Assembly (NCBI GenBank): GCA_043825875.1
Contig: JBDRRF010000109.1
Location: 39,662-103,661 of the forward strand
Source of the DNA: Pseudomonadota bacterium
GTDB taxonomy: Bacteria; Desulfobacterota; Desulfobacteria; Desulfobacterales; RPRI01
DNA length: 64,000 bases
Reading direction: 5' to 3'
Part shown: in pieces, positions 18,329 through 26,958 of the stretch
How the letters are laid out: the number at the start of each line of letters is the position of its first letter
How positions within the stretch are numbered: position 1 is the first letter of the stretch
Notes under the pieces: generated by a model
The model's database searches: none
Seen by the model: only the letters and a program-made list of their open reading frames with translations
What the model was told of the DNA's origin: nothing
Position numbers and translations under genes: made by a program

Positions 18329-18943
18329 TTAAAGATTCTTTCTACGTGCATAGTCAAGTTTTGCATGCTGTGCATCAGTGAGTTCATTTTCAAAAGGCTC
18401 AAGCAATTGCACGACCAGTTTATAATTACGCATGGAAAATGCTGCATATGCTTCAGAAATTGTCTGTTCAAAATTTCTCAGTTTTTTTCTTTCCATGTGA
18501 ATTTCAAATAGCTTAGATTTAAATTGTTTATTTCGATTTAAGGCTTTTTCATAAGCCTCCTGGAATTCTTGAGAGTCATCGGTAAAAACTTGGTTGGTAG
18601 AACTGTTTTTTTTGGCTTTATCGTTAAGAACACTCGGATGATATAAGCGCTGAGCATCTCGTGTTCTATAACCAAATTTTCGACCTGCCTCAGGGTTTTC
18701 TGTATCGACAATTGTGCCTTGATGCCAATTAATAGACGAAATTGATTGGTCAACAACGATGGTCGACACGGGTCCTTTCCTTACCTCAAGAACAGTGAAC
18801 CAGAAATCATGATGAGTTTCGAATAAACAAAACTTATCTCCCGCCTTCAAAGAGCCAGACACCAATTGAATGTCAAACTCTGGATGGTGATCAAAGTCCT
18901 TAATTATTTTTGGACGAGAAAAAAGTATTTTAAATATTGCCAT
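18329..18943 (-). CDS. Cassette: hypothetical protein
   Basis: Bounded by GTTAGCTGT and ACAGCTAAC (9-bp match). Confidence 0.75.
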   Translation of the reverse strand: MAIFKILFSRPKIIKDFDHHPEFDIQLVSGSLKAGDKFCLFETHHDFWFTVLEVRKGPVSTIVVDQSISSINWHQGTIVDTENPEAGRKFGYRTRDAQRLYHPSVLNDKAKKNSSTNQVFTDDSQEFQEAYEKALNRNKQFKSKLFEIHMERKKLRNFEQTISEAYAAFSMRNYKLVVQLLEPFENELTDAQHAKLDYARRKNL

Positions 18944-18959
18944 GGATTATTTCTTATAC

Positions 18960-19046
18960 AGCTAACGGCGAAAATAACCCACGCCGCCGCCGTTATGTGG
19001 ACTAAGCCCGTATTTACTCGGCGTTGGGTTAATTGATTTGTTGTGC
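18960..19046 (-). repeat. attC site (87 bp)
   Basis: AGCTAAC...ATAACCCACGCCG...CGGCGTTGGGTTAAT...GTTGTGC. Confidence 0.88.
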
Positions 19047-19111
19047 TGTTTATCAAAACTAAAAAACGAACTAATACTTACCTCTATTAAACATTTCATC
19101 AGAGCCAACTA

Positions 19112-19756
19112 TCACTTCTTTCTATTATCCAATAACTTCAATATTTCTTCTCTCGCAGCATGAGCATCTGGACTATTAATAACTGATAAAATGGTGTCAG
19201 CTTCTTTTTTCAAGCCGTTTTTGGAAGCTTTTTGTAGATATGCCTTTGCCAGCTCCGTATTCTTTTCAGTGCCATACCCAAGAAAAAGCATTGTTCCATA
19301 TTTTAATTGAGACTGTTTCATACCTTGATCTGCAGATAATTTATACCAATTAGCTGATACTTTCAAATCATGCTTGGGAAAATCTTTCCTCATATAAAGT
19401 CCACCTAAACCAAAGCAACCGGCACTCCGTGCTGTTTGATTAGATTGATCATTAACAGCTTCCGTATAAAGTTTTTCAGCCAAGTCAAAATCCTGCTGAA
19501 CATACAAACCATCTTCATACAATGACGCAAGCATTGCTTTTGCGTAAATATTTCCTTTACTTGCAAGTTCAGAACAAGTTCTATATGCCTTTTCATACTC
19601 TTTAGATTCATAATATGAAATACAGGGAAGGCAATCTTTGGCATCATTAGGCTTAACTATTGATTTATATAGTTTAAATCCAGAAAGCATCGCCAATAAA
19701 ACCATGCAAATTATTGTTATTTTACTTTTATGAGGCTGATTTTTATCTGTTACCAT
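19112..19756 (-). CDS. Cassette: Sel1-repeat membrane-anchored protein
   Basis: 'AMLASLYEDGLYVQQD', 'WYKLSADQG', 'GYGTEKN' Sel1 motifs. Confidence 0.8.
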   Translation of the reverse strand: MVTDKNQPHKSKITIICMVLLAMLSGFKLYKSIVKPNDAKDCLPCISYYESKEYEKAYRTCSELASKGNIYAKAMLASLYEDGLYVQQDFDLAEKLYTEAVNDQSNQTARSAGCFGLGGLYMRKDFPKHDLKVSANWYKLSADQGMKQSQLKYGTMLFLGYGTEKNTELAKAYLQKASKNGLKKEADTILSVINSPDAHAAREEILKLLDNRKK

Positions 19757-19821
19757 CTCGTTTCCTTGTTTGGTTTTTTATCAGATTAATCTGTTTGTAA
19801 ACTTTTATTTATATCTTTTAG

Positions 19822-19953
19822 GCATAACGCTCCGCTTCAGCAGCTGGCGGAATTTTAGTAATAAAGTTGAAAAACAAGACCATTTTCAGAAAGGCACCTA
19901 AACTTAACAGAACCTCCGCGATAAGCCAGTCTGACTGAAAGCGGTTGTTCTAC
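19822..19953 (-). repeat. attC site (132 bp)
   Basis: GCATAAC-GCTCCGCTTCAGCAGCTGGC...GCCAGTCTGACTGAAAGCGGTT-GTTCTAC. Confidence 0.85.
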
Positions 19954-19961
19954 TTTCACCT

Positions 19962-20285
19962 TTAGGTACCACATGCCGCACATAATTTTGCCTTAGGAGT
20001 CCGTAACGGTTTTCCACATTTACTACAAGGCGGGCCATAAAGTGAAAGTCTATGATGATACAAAGCTAAATGATCTGTTTCTTTGTAGCCGGTAATTTCA
20101 AAATATTTTCTACATGCTTCATTCCCTACCGCATTCTGTGCTTCTTTAAGGGAACAATTATTGTTTTTTCTATAATCCTTAATTTGTTGAATCATATTTG
20201 TTAAAAGAGGAGAGACAAGATTCCATTCATCCTCATCGAGCATCGGAATTATTTCTTTGCATCGCCAACAGTATAAATTTTCCAT
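19962..20285 (-). CDS. Cassette: small Cys-rich (Zn-ribbon) protein
   Basis: CWRC, CSKC and CAAC motifs; bounded by GTTCTAC and GTAGAAC. Confidence 0.75.
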   Translation of the reverse strand: MENLYCWRCKEIIPMLDEDEWNLVSPLLTNMIQQIKDYRKNNNCSLKEAQNAVGNEACRKYFEITGYKETDHLALYHHRLSLYGPPCSKCGKPLRTPKAKLCAACGT

Positions 20286-20301
20286 CGTATTAGCTCATGA
20301 A

Positions 20302-20427
20302 GTAGAACGCTGCGGTCAGGGGCAGCAAGGGCTTCCACTGACCTTTGTAAATGTGAAACAGAGTACCATCGCACTGATTTTGGAAGCGGCCCGGCCCTTG
20401 CTGTCCCTCTGAACTGCAAGGTTATAA
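20302..20427 (-). repeat. attC site (126 bp)
   Basis: GTAGAAC-GCTGCGGTCAGGGGCAGCAAGGGC...GCCCTTGCTGTCCCTCTGAACTGCAAG-GTTATAA. Confidence 0.88.
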
Positions 20428-20430
20428 TCG

Positions 20431-20772
20431 TTATCTGAATTTTCCATATTGATTTTTCCATATATCGGCCACTTCCAAAAAGCTGCTGTAGCCCCTTTCC
20501 CTGATAAACAGAGTGGCTTCTTGATATTTCTTATATTTATAGCTCTTTTTACCGTAAAATCCTTGAATTGTATCGCATGTGGAATAAGCGGCACAATCTG
20601 CACATGTGTTTAGCCCTTTCTTAATGCAACAAACTTTCATCTTGCACTTGGCTTTTTCTATTTCTCTTTTACCATTCTCATAGCCAATCTTGCACCCTTG
20701 GCACCTCGAATTCCTGAACTCAGGGCATGTTTTACAATATGCTCCACAACATCCAATCTCTAAAATCGACAT
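20431..20772 (-). CDS. Cassette: DUF3795-like Cys-rich protein
   Basis: GCCGAYCKTC...CQGCK...CKMKVCC...TCADC pattern. Confidence 0.78.
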   Translation of the reverse strand: MSILEIGCCGAYCKTCPEFRNSRCQGCKIGYENGKREIEKAKCKMKVCCIKKGLNTCADCAAYSTCDTIQGFYGKKSYKYKKYQEATLFIRERGYSSFLEVADIWKNQYGKFR

Positions 20773-20806
20773 TCTTTACTTCTCACGTTGGTTTTAATCT
20801 ACACGA

Positions 20807-20864
20807 CTATAACGACGAAATCAGCGGGGAGCGTAGCGAGTCCGCTGTATTGATTTTGTTAGCC
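20807..20864 (-). repeat. attC site (58 bp)
   Basis: CTATAAC-GACGAAATCAGCGG...CCGCTGTATTGATTTT-GTTAGCC. Confidence 0.88.
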
Positions 20865-21947
20865 GTTGTATTCATTCTTACCTTTAGCGATTGTCCTAAA
20901 ACGCGAAGGTACTTCACCAGCACGGCCAATTGCCATAATCATTGCACCCAATAGAATAAATACTGTCATTTCTTCTTCGAGTTGGTTTTGAGAGCGTCCT
21001 TTTTCAAATGATTTGGGTATTAAAATGTAATTCTTATTAAAGACAGTCGGTCTCACATTGGATAAAGCTGCTTCAATTGTCATCGCATTTGGATCCACGA
21101 CTAATGCAATAGGGCTGTATTGGGTAGCAGTTTCATTTAATGAAAGAATAGCGTTGTTATAGACAGGATGCCAAAATTGACTACCCTTGCGCAGTGCAAC
21201 TTCAGCCGCAGAGCCAAGTGCACTGTGAACAGAAAAAAGAGACTGTATGGCGTTGATAAACTTTGGGATATCGTTGTCATCACGATATATCAGCTTATGA
21301 TCTGCAATCTTTTTCAGAACATCGTCAAAAACAACTTCAGGACGGCTAAAACAAAGTGAAATGAATGCCGCGAATAAAAAATTATCGAAAGCAGTTTTGC
21401 CTAATATTTCTTTCGCCTTATGAAAGGCATGATAATATTCCTTTGGCGGCAAATCTTGTGAAAGAAACTTTTCATATCCTGCTATATCAAGGTCAATATA
21501 GTGAGTTTTATGCTCATATAGATAAGCTGCAGATTCGACAATGTCACGAACAGTGACGCCTGAAGACCCCGGCCGATCCAGCACGGATATATGATTGATT
21601 ATATCGTCAGTAACTCCAGAAGGATTTTTTAGGAAAGCCTTAATTTTTTCGTCGGTTAAGGGATAACCAGCTTCCTGTTTGATATATTTCCTCATCAGAT
21701 CGAAATATTGACATGCAAAGCTGTATAAAAAGCCTGAAGTACAAATTTGCAAAAAATGAAACGTCTCATGTGTCAATGTTGCCATGATTGATCGAGTAGC
21801 AAACGACCGCGTGCCCGCCGGATGGTTGTTAATAAATTCCCAATCCTCAAAACTACAGTTCACGCGAAGAATACCGCTACCCCATTCGAGATAGCCTGCT
21901 ACTTCTGGTGGAACCTCGAAATATTGTGATAATTTTATTGTTTCCAT
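20859..21947 (-). CDS. Cassette: hypothetical protein with an HExxH motif
   Basis: 'TLTHETFHFLQ' plus downstream 'IVESAA'; stop lies within the R'' box. Confidence 0.7.
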   Translation of the reverse strand: METIKLSQYFEVPPEVAGYLEWGSGILRVNCSFEDWEFINNHPAGTRSFATRSIMATLTHETFHFLQICTSGFLYSFACQYFDLMRKYIKQEAGYPLTDEKIKAFLKNPSGVTDDIINHISVLDRPGSSGVTVRDIVESAAYLYEHKTHYIDLDIAGYEKFLSQDLPPKEYYHAFHKAKEILGKTAFDNFLFAAFISLCFSRPEVVFDDVLKKIADHKLIYRDDNDIPKFINAIQSLFSVHSALGSAAEVALRKGSQFWHPVYNNAILSLNETATQYSPIALVVDPNAMTIEAALSNVRPTVFNKNYILIPKSFEKGRSQNQLEEEMTVFILLGAMIMAIGRAGEVPSRFRTIAKGKNEYNG

Positions 21948-21960
21948 ATTCTTTTCATAA

Positions 21961-22182
21961 GGCTAACGAGTCTGTAGAATAACTCCAAAATAAAATTTTT
22001 ATGCAATTTTCAGGGGTCTTTTTACCCCTCCCCATCGCGTGATCATCGATTGTAGGGCATTCTCCAAGGTTGTTTTTTCATACATCCTACGCTGAATGCC
22101 GCTTCCAGACTTATTCTACAGGCTCAACGGCTGCTTCACGCGCGGCGGCTTTTTGCCGCCGCTGTGAAAGCAAATGTTAGGC
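21961..22182 (-). repeat. attC site split by a MITE
   Basis: GGCTAAC [MITE] AAC-GGCTGCTTCAC...GTGAAAGCAAAT-GTTAGGC. Confidence 0.85.
21968..22125. mobile_element. 158-bp MITE (non-autonomous IS derivative)
   Basis: 15-bp TIRs GAGTCTGTAGAATAA / TTATTCTACAGGCTC (1 mismatch), flanked by a direct AAC duplication. Confidence 0.8.
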
Positions 22183-22190
22183 CTGCTTCT

Positions 22191-23096
22191 TTATTTGCAC
22201 GGCAATGCTGCTGGTTCAAGCATTGCGGGTGCATTGAGATCACGCCAAAACTCCATCGCAGTGGCGGTTCTAAATTTGACATGGCGTCTCAATGATTTTT
22301 CCAACGCGAAGTTATATGGCGCAGGCAATTTAAGTGCCATCTCTCTCGGCTTCCCTTCAAGGGTTTCCTGATTGCTAAATTGTAATCGCTTAGAGTACGC
22401 CAGCTGTAAAAACAAAACACCCAGATGGTATATGTCTATCCGAGTATCAGTAGGGCCAAATTCGCCAGGATTTACAACTTCAGGTGGCAGCATCCACTGC
22501 GCTCTTGTGTTGGACAAATCTATCTCATGCAGCAATTTAGAAACACCCAAATCGCCCAACTTAAATTGAATTACTTTTTCTTTTGAAGGCACCATTTCAT
22601 CTCTGATAAAGGTAGCGAACACATTCCCCTCATGGATGTCCTGATGCACGAAATTATTTAAATGCAAATAGTTGACTGCTTGAAGAAGTTGCCTGGCCAT
22701 TGGCATAAGCCACGACATTCCATTCAAATTTTCTAAATCGAAGATCGCCGAAACTGGACTAAAGCACTTTTCTGCAATAATATAGAAGGTATCTCGATAC
22801 TCGAATGCATCGTAAACAAAAGTGATAAATGGGTGCCTTAGTTGCATAAGGCGTTTAAATTCACCTTCAGCATTTTCTTTAACTTTTTCATAAGTGCCAA
22901 TTGGTTTCAGTACCTTTGCTGCGAGTTCATTGTTCCAAACATCATGGCAAGAATACACAATTCCGAAATTACCCTCACCAATTCTTTGACCTATCGTATA
23001 GGTGTTCCCGGTCATCAGGCTTGTAATTGACTCGCCTTCAGATGGCTGAATAGCTTGTTTCGGAAGCTCTTGAGGAAGTTGCTCAGATTCTGTCAT
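22191..23096 (-). CDS. Cassette: Hanks-type Ser/Thr protein kinase
   Basis: 'IGEGNFGIVY', 'AAKVL', 'HQDIHEGNV', 'KLGDLG', 'PPE', 'DIYHLG'. Confidence 0.88.
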   Translation of the reverse strand: MTESEQLPQELPKQAIQPSEGESITSLMTGNTYTIGQRIGEGNFGIVYSCHDVWNNELAAKVLKPIGTYEKVKENAEGEFKRLMQLRHPFITFVYDAFEYRDTFYIIAEKCFSPVSAIFDLENLNGMSWLMPMARQLLQAVNYLHLNNFVHQDIHEGNVFATFIRDEMVPSKEKVIQFKLGDLGVSKLLHEIDLSNTRAQWMLPPEVVNPGEFGPTDTRIDIYHLGVLFLQLAYSKRLQFSNQETLEGKPREMALKLPAPYNFALEKSLRRHVKFRTATAMEFWRDLNAPAMLEPAALPCK

Positions 23097-23114
23097 AGTT
23101 TGTTTCCCAAAGGC

Positions 23115-25378
23115 ACCGGGTAGGTCAGGGGTGTCACCACCCCTTTCCCCCCTAAGAACCGTACGTGATAGTTTCCCATCATACGGCTCAAGCCTCTCAA
23201 AAGGCAGCCCTTGGGGGGCGGCCCGGTTGTTTTACCTCCTAAGCGGCTTTCATGGCCCTGAATTCATGGGCCGACATTGCCGCTAACAATTTGCTGTCCT
23301 TTATATTCCGTCTGTACCAGAAATATTCTGCGTACTCCGGCATATAAGGGTTTGCATCGGCCTTTATCTTTATATATCTTCTTATACCAATGGCATGTAA
23401 TTTTACAACCTCATAAATCTTGCTTTTCCCTGAGGCTGTTTTTGCACGGACAGCAAATCGATGTTTTCTACCGGAAGCTGACCAGTAATGTTTTATCAGC
23501 CATCCTTTCGATTTGTTTTGGTGACGCCGTCTGACTATACGCCATAGTTGTTCAAAGACATAAGTATCGATTAGACCGAAGGCTTCCGATGCTACCACAT
23601 GGCGGTGGTAATTTGCCCAGCCTCGAAGCATTTCATTCAACTTCTTGATCAAGACCGGCATCGGAGCGCTGACGTGTTTTCGGGTTAACGCTCCCACTTT
23701 CCGTACAAGGGCGAGAACTCCCTCTTTTTCCGGTGTTATGTGCAGCACACGACCGTGCTTTCGGAAAGTTTGTCCGAGGAACGTAAATCCGTTTTTAATA
23801 TAGGTGATCGTGGTCTTTTCCTGTGACAGTTCAAGACCACGCTTCGCAAGAAATACTTCTACCGCCGGTTTAACCTGATTTTCCAACAGGCGTTTTGATT
23901 TGCCTGTGATAATAAAATCATCGGCGTAGCGGACGAAGTTGACACGGGATCTTCTGGGAACTGCACTATGAACGGCTTCTTCCAGACCATCCAGCGTCAT
24001 ATTTGATAATGTGGGACTAATAATCCCACCTTGCGGAGTACCCTTTCGAGTAGGATATGTAATGCCGTTTTCTACATACCCTGCTTTCAGCCACTTTCCA
24101 AGAACGACTTTGTCCATCACAATATTGCGAAGCATCCATTCATGCGAGATATTGTCAAAACAGCCTTTAATATCTCCCTCCAGCACCCATGTCGCCGAGT
24201 TTGGCTTTGACAGGGCGTTAAAGGCCGCCTGGATGGCATCGGCACATGACCGGCCTTCACGAAAGCCGTATGAGTTCCTGTCGGCGGTCGTTTCCGCAAC
24301 CGGAGCCAGCACTAATTTGTACAATGCCTGCATCGCCCGGTCATACATTGTCGGGATTGATAATGGCCGTTTCTTACCGTTCTTCTTGGGTATATAAATT
24401 CTTCTAAGTGGTTGAGGTTTGTAGCCACGTCTGCGAAAGCTGTAAACAGCCCGCCATTTGGCTCGGGTGCCTTGCCACAGAACACCGTCAATGCCAGGAG
24501 TCTTTTCCCCCTTGTTGGAGGTCACTCGTTTCACAGCCAGTAACTTGGCGTAGAGAGAGCGGGTTAACAGATATTGTAACGCTTTAACTTTATTCCACCT
24601 GTTTTCCTTAACAGCCTTTGCGATACGCACCTGCAGCCTTCTAACCTGATGCCGGATATGGTTCCAGTTTATGGATTTCCATTTCAAGGCAAGGTCGATG
24701 AGTGCACCGGCTCTAATGGCTGTCTTTTGCTTTCTCATCTCCAAAGGTTCTCCAGGTTCTCTCGCAACGAGACACCAGCCGGAAGTCTGCACGCTGTTCA
24801 CCGGAACGGATGCTCACGGTTTTTGCGTTGAGTCATATTTCATACTCTATCCATCGGGTTATCCGATAGCATTTGCTTTCTCCGACATCTCTTTCCTGCT
24901 GCTCCAACAGCACGCCTTACGGTAATGCCTGCCCTACATTGCATAGGGCGAAGAAGCAGGCTTAACACGTTGAACATAATTGATCCAATGAATGACTTAG
25001 GTGCGCCCTGGACACCGGCGGTACTACAGTTCCGTGCAAGCACGTTAGAGACTTGCAACCTTACCGCTTACGACTCACACAGGGGAGACGTCTTCGACCT
25101 GTTAATCCTCAGTAGGTCTATCCATGCTTGACGATGCGTGCGGGCATTCAATTAACTTCACCATATCATTCGTCCCTTGCCCTTAACCGGGGAGGTTCCC
25201 GGAGGGGTCGGCCTGTCACCATTTCGACCCGATTCGGTACTTTGTCAGTGGGGCTTCGCACCCTGTCATCAGCGCAACAGTAGCACGCCCACGTAGGGAC
25301 CGGCAGGAACATGCCGGGTATTCTCCAGATGAAATAACCATCTGTTAATACACTCAATTATGCGACTTCGTGTCGCAA
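23115..25378 (-). mobile_element. Complete group II intron (IIB/chloroplast-like RT) inserted in an attC R' box
   Basis: 5' TTGCGACACG; domain V GAGCCGTATGATGGGAAACTATCACGTACGGTTC; domain VI ending CTACCCGGT; removal restores GTTAG|GCCT. Confidence 0.9.
23239..24801 (-). CDS. ltrA: Group II intron reverse transcriptase/maturase without an HNH endonuclease domain
   Basis: RT0 'WKSINW...VRRLQVRIAKA', 'TPGIDG', 'RPLSIPT', 'GTPQGG', 'RYADDF', X domain 'LRGWANY'; no C-terminal HNH. Confidence 0.95.
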   Translation of the reverse strand: MNSVQTSGWCLVAREPGEPLEMRKQKTAIRAGALIDLALKWKSINWNHIRHQVRRLQVRIAKAVKENRWNKVKALQYLLTRSLYAKLLAVKRVTSNKGEKTPGIDGVLWQGTRAKWRAVYSFRRRGYKPQPLRRIYIPKKNGKKRPLSIPTMYDRAMQALYKLVLAPVAETTADRNSYGFREGRSCADAIQAAFNALSKPNSATWVLEGDIKGCFDNISHEWMLRNIVMDKVVLGKWLKAGYVENGITYPTRKGTPQGGIISPTLSNMTLDGLEEAVHSAVPRRSRVNFVRYADDFIITGKSKRLLENQVKPAVEVFLAKRGLELSQEKTTITYIKNGFTFLGQTFRKHGRVLHITPEKEGVLALVRKVGALTRKHVSAPMPVLIKKLNEMLRGWANYHRHVVASEAFGLIDTYVFEQLWRIVRRRHQNKSKGWLIKHYWSASGRKHRFAVRAKTASGKSKIYEVVKLHAIGIRRYIKIKADANPYMPEYAEYFWYRRNIKDSKLLAAMSAHEFRAMKAA

Positions 25379-25436
25379 CTAACGCTGCTATTCAGCCGCG
25401 CGGCTTTTTGCGTCGGCTGAAATAGCCTTGTTAGCC
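25379..25436 (-). repeat. attC site (R' interrupted by the intron)
   Basis: Minus strand GGCTAAC...GCAGC-GTTAG|intron. Confidence 0.9.
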
Positions 25437-25446
25437 CCTTTAGAAT

Positions 25447-26022
25447 TTAATTAGACAACTCTTGGTTACGGGGTTTGTAGTCACCAGATTCAAGAGTTTG
25501 TTTGATCGTGAAGTAAACATTGTATAAAAAATCATATTCATTGTCCTCGATTCTCTTCATTACTGTTGAGAATGGAAATGCCATTACCTCGGAGATCTTG
25601 CTGCGGACAGCGTAATCAGTCCCATATTCATCAGTTACGGTGACCCATTCCATATTGAGGTCAGCAATGCATTTATTCCCAAGGTATCCACCAAGAATTT
25701 CAACAACTTTTTCGTTTGAATGATTCGGTGATTTACTGATTTGCCATGCACGGAATGCAAGATCACATGTCTTTAAATTTATAACATTATCGTTGGGTAA
25801 ATAAGTAGCTACAAACCTTGGGCATAACTCCACAAGCGATTTTAGATGATTTAATTCATCACCTGTTATAACGGAAATCTCCTGAGGAACAGGGTCGATG
25901 GTTTCTTTATGAGCGATTACATTGCCTTCAGGCGTTTTAATATTGATTGGTTCAGGTTCTTTTGACATATCAGAGCATCCCATAGTAATGAGCAAAAAAA
26001 ATAAACACCAAAAACTTCGCAT
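25447..26022 (-). CDS. Cassette: lipoprotein, DUF3806-like
   Basis: TMGC lipobox; 'LGGYLG...WVTVTDEYGTDYAV...FPFSTVMKRIE'; start moved to MRSF, downstream of the attC. Confidence 0.7.
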   Translation of the reverse strand: MRSFWCLFFLLITMGCSDMSKEPEPINIKTPEGNVIAHKETIDPVPQEISVITGDELNHLKSLVELCPRFVATYLPNDNVINLKTCDLAFRAWQISKSPNHSNEKVVEILGGYLGNKCIADLNMEWVTVTDEYGTDYAVRSKISEVMAFPFSTVMKRIEDNEYDFLYNVYFTIKQTLESGDYKPRNQELSN

Positions 26023-26034
26023 AGTTTGTTCCTG

Positions 26035-26101
26035 GGCTAACTTGGAGCTCAATGGACCAGACCGCGTAGCGGTATGGGTCCATTGAAGCGATCCGTTAGG
26101 C
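26035..26101 (-). repeat. attC site (67 bp)
   Basis: GGCTAAC-TTGGAGCTCAATGGACC...GGTCCATTGAAGCGATCC-GTTAGGC. Confidence 0.88.
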
Positions 26102-26178
26102 TCAAATATATTGTTTTACAGTGGTTTACAGCGCGATTTAACATTGTGACAAGTGGTACGCATTCATTGGAATGATTA

Positions 26179-26880
26179 TTACCTACTTTTCGCGAGGATC
26201 ACTTTGTGAACCCTCAGCTCTTCGCGTGGACCACCTATGTCTTTGACGGTCATGAAGTGAGTTCCCATAGGAGTGCCTGGTTTCATACGCTCAAGTTTTG
26301 AGAGGACAAAGTGGGCTTCGCGATCGGAAAAGTTGGCATATTCTGGTAGCCCAGTGTCACGTGCGGTTTTTGCCAATTTAGCGGCCGACAAAGGCTCCCG
26401 AGGCTCGACGAACGCGATCTCGTTCGGATCTCTGGAGTCGAGACCCAAAAAGAAGTGCACCGAACGGCGAATTCGCTTTCGAGGCTTTGCACCTTTCGGA
26501 GCCGGCAGAAGGAGTTCGCCATCCTTCGCATAACAGTTTGCTTTTTCGTTTTGGCGAGAAACTAGAAAGAGCGAATACGCCTTTTCAGGTTCCCGGACTT
26601 GGAAGGAAGACGGAACTCTCCAGGGATTATCGGACAGCTTGCAATCCCAATTTTCCTCTAGAACGATGTCCTGATCCGTGACGACGTTGAAGGTGACCTC
26701 ACAATCACAATGACCACCGTTTGCCTCTAGTACATCTAAAAGATCATCCTTGTTTATGTGATGATTGCTAGCCCATTCCATCGCGAACCTGAGGGTATGA
26801 TTGCAGCCGGACTGCTCAAGCCGACTCTCAAGTTCGTTCACCAAGCTTTGCAGTTGCTCTGCTTTGATTCGTATTGCCAT
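26179..26880 (-). CDS. Cassette: DUF2695-like domain protein
   Basis: 'GCNHTLRFA...GGHCDCEV' motif. Confidence 0.7.
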   Translation of the reverse strand: MAIRIKAEQLQSLVNELESRLEQSGCNHTLRFAMEWASNHHINKDDLLDVLEANGGHCDCEVTFNVVTDQDIVLEENWDCKLSDNPWRVPSSFQVREPEKAYSLFLVSRQNEKANCYAKDGELLLPAPKGAKPRKRIRRSVHFFLGLDSRDPNEIAFVEPREPLSAAKLAKTARDTGLPEYANFSDREAHFVLSKLERMKPGTPMGTHFMTVKDIGGPREELRVHKVILAKSR

Positions 26881-26896
26881 GGGTAATTGATCTCCG

Positions 26897-26958
26897 GCCT
26901 AACATCCAGCATAAGGCGCGGCGGTTTTTTGCCGTCGCACTTAATGCCGTGGTTCGAC
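26897..26958 (-). repeat. attC site (62 bp) overlapping the methyltransferase stop
   Basis: GCCTAAC-ATCCAGCATAAG...CTTAATGCCGTG-GTTCGAC. Confidence 0.85.

Noticed and set aside
23239..24801. Retron, DGR or defence RT
   Set aside because: RT0 and X domains plus flanking domain V/VI RNA identify a group II intron
24840..25357. Short ORFs 24840-25058, 24925-25131 and 25166-25357
   Set aside because: They lie within the intron ribozyme domains
25049..25378. EBS2 of the intron
   Set aside because: No convincing complement to the -7 to -13 exon region found by eye; left unassigned
18265..26958. CRISPR array suggested by recurring palindromic repeats
   Set aside because: Repeats vary in length and sequence, are separated by whole genes and carry RYYYAAC/GTTRRRY boxes, so they are attC sites; no cas genes
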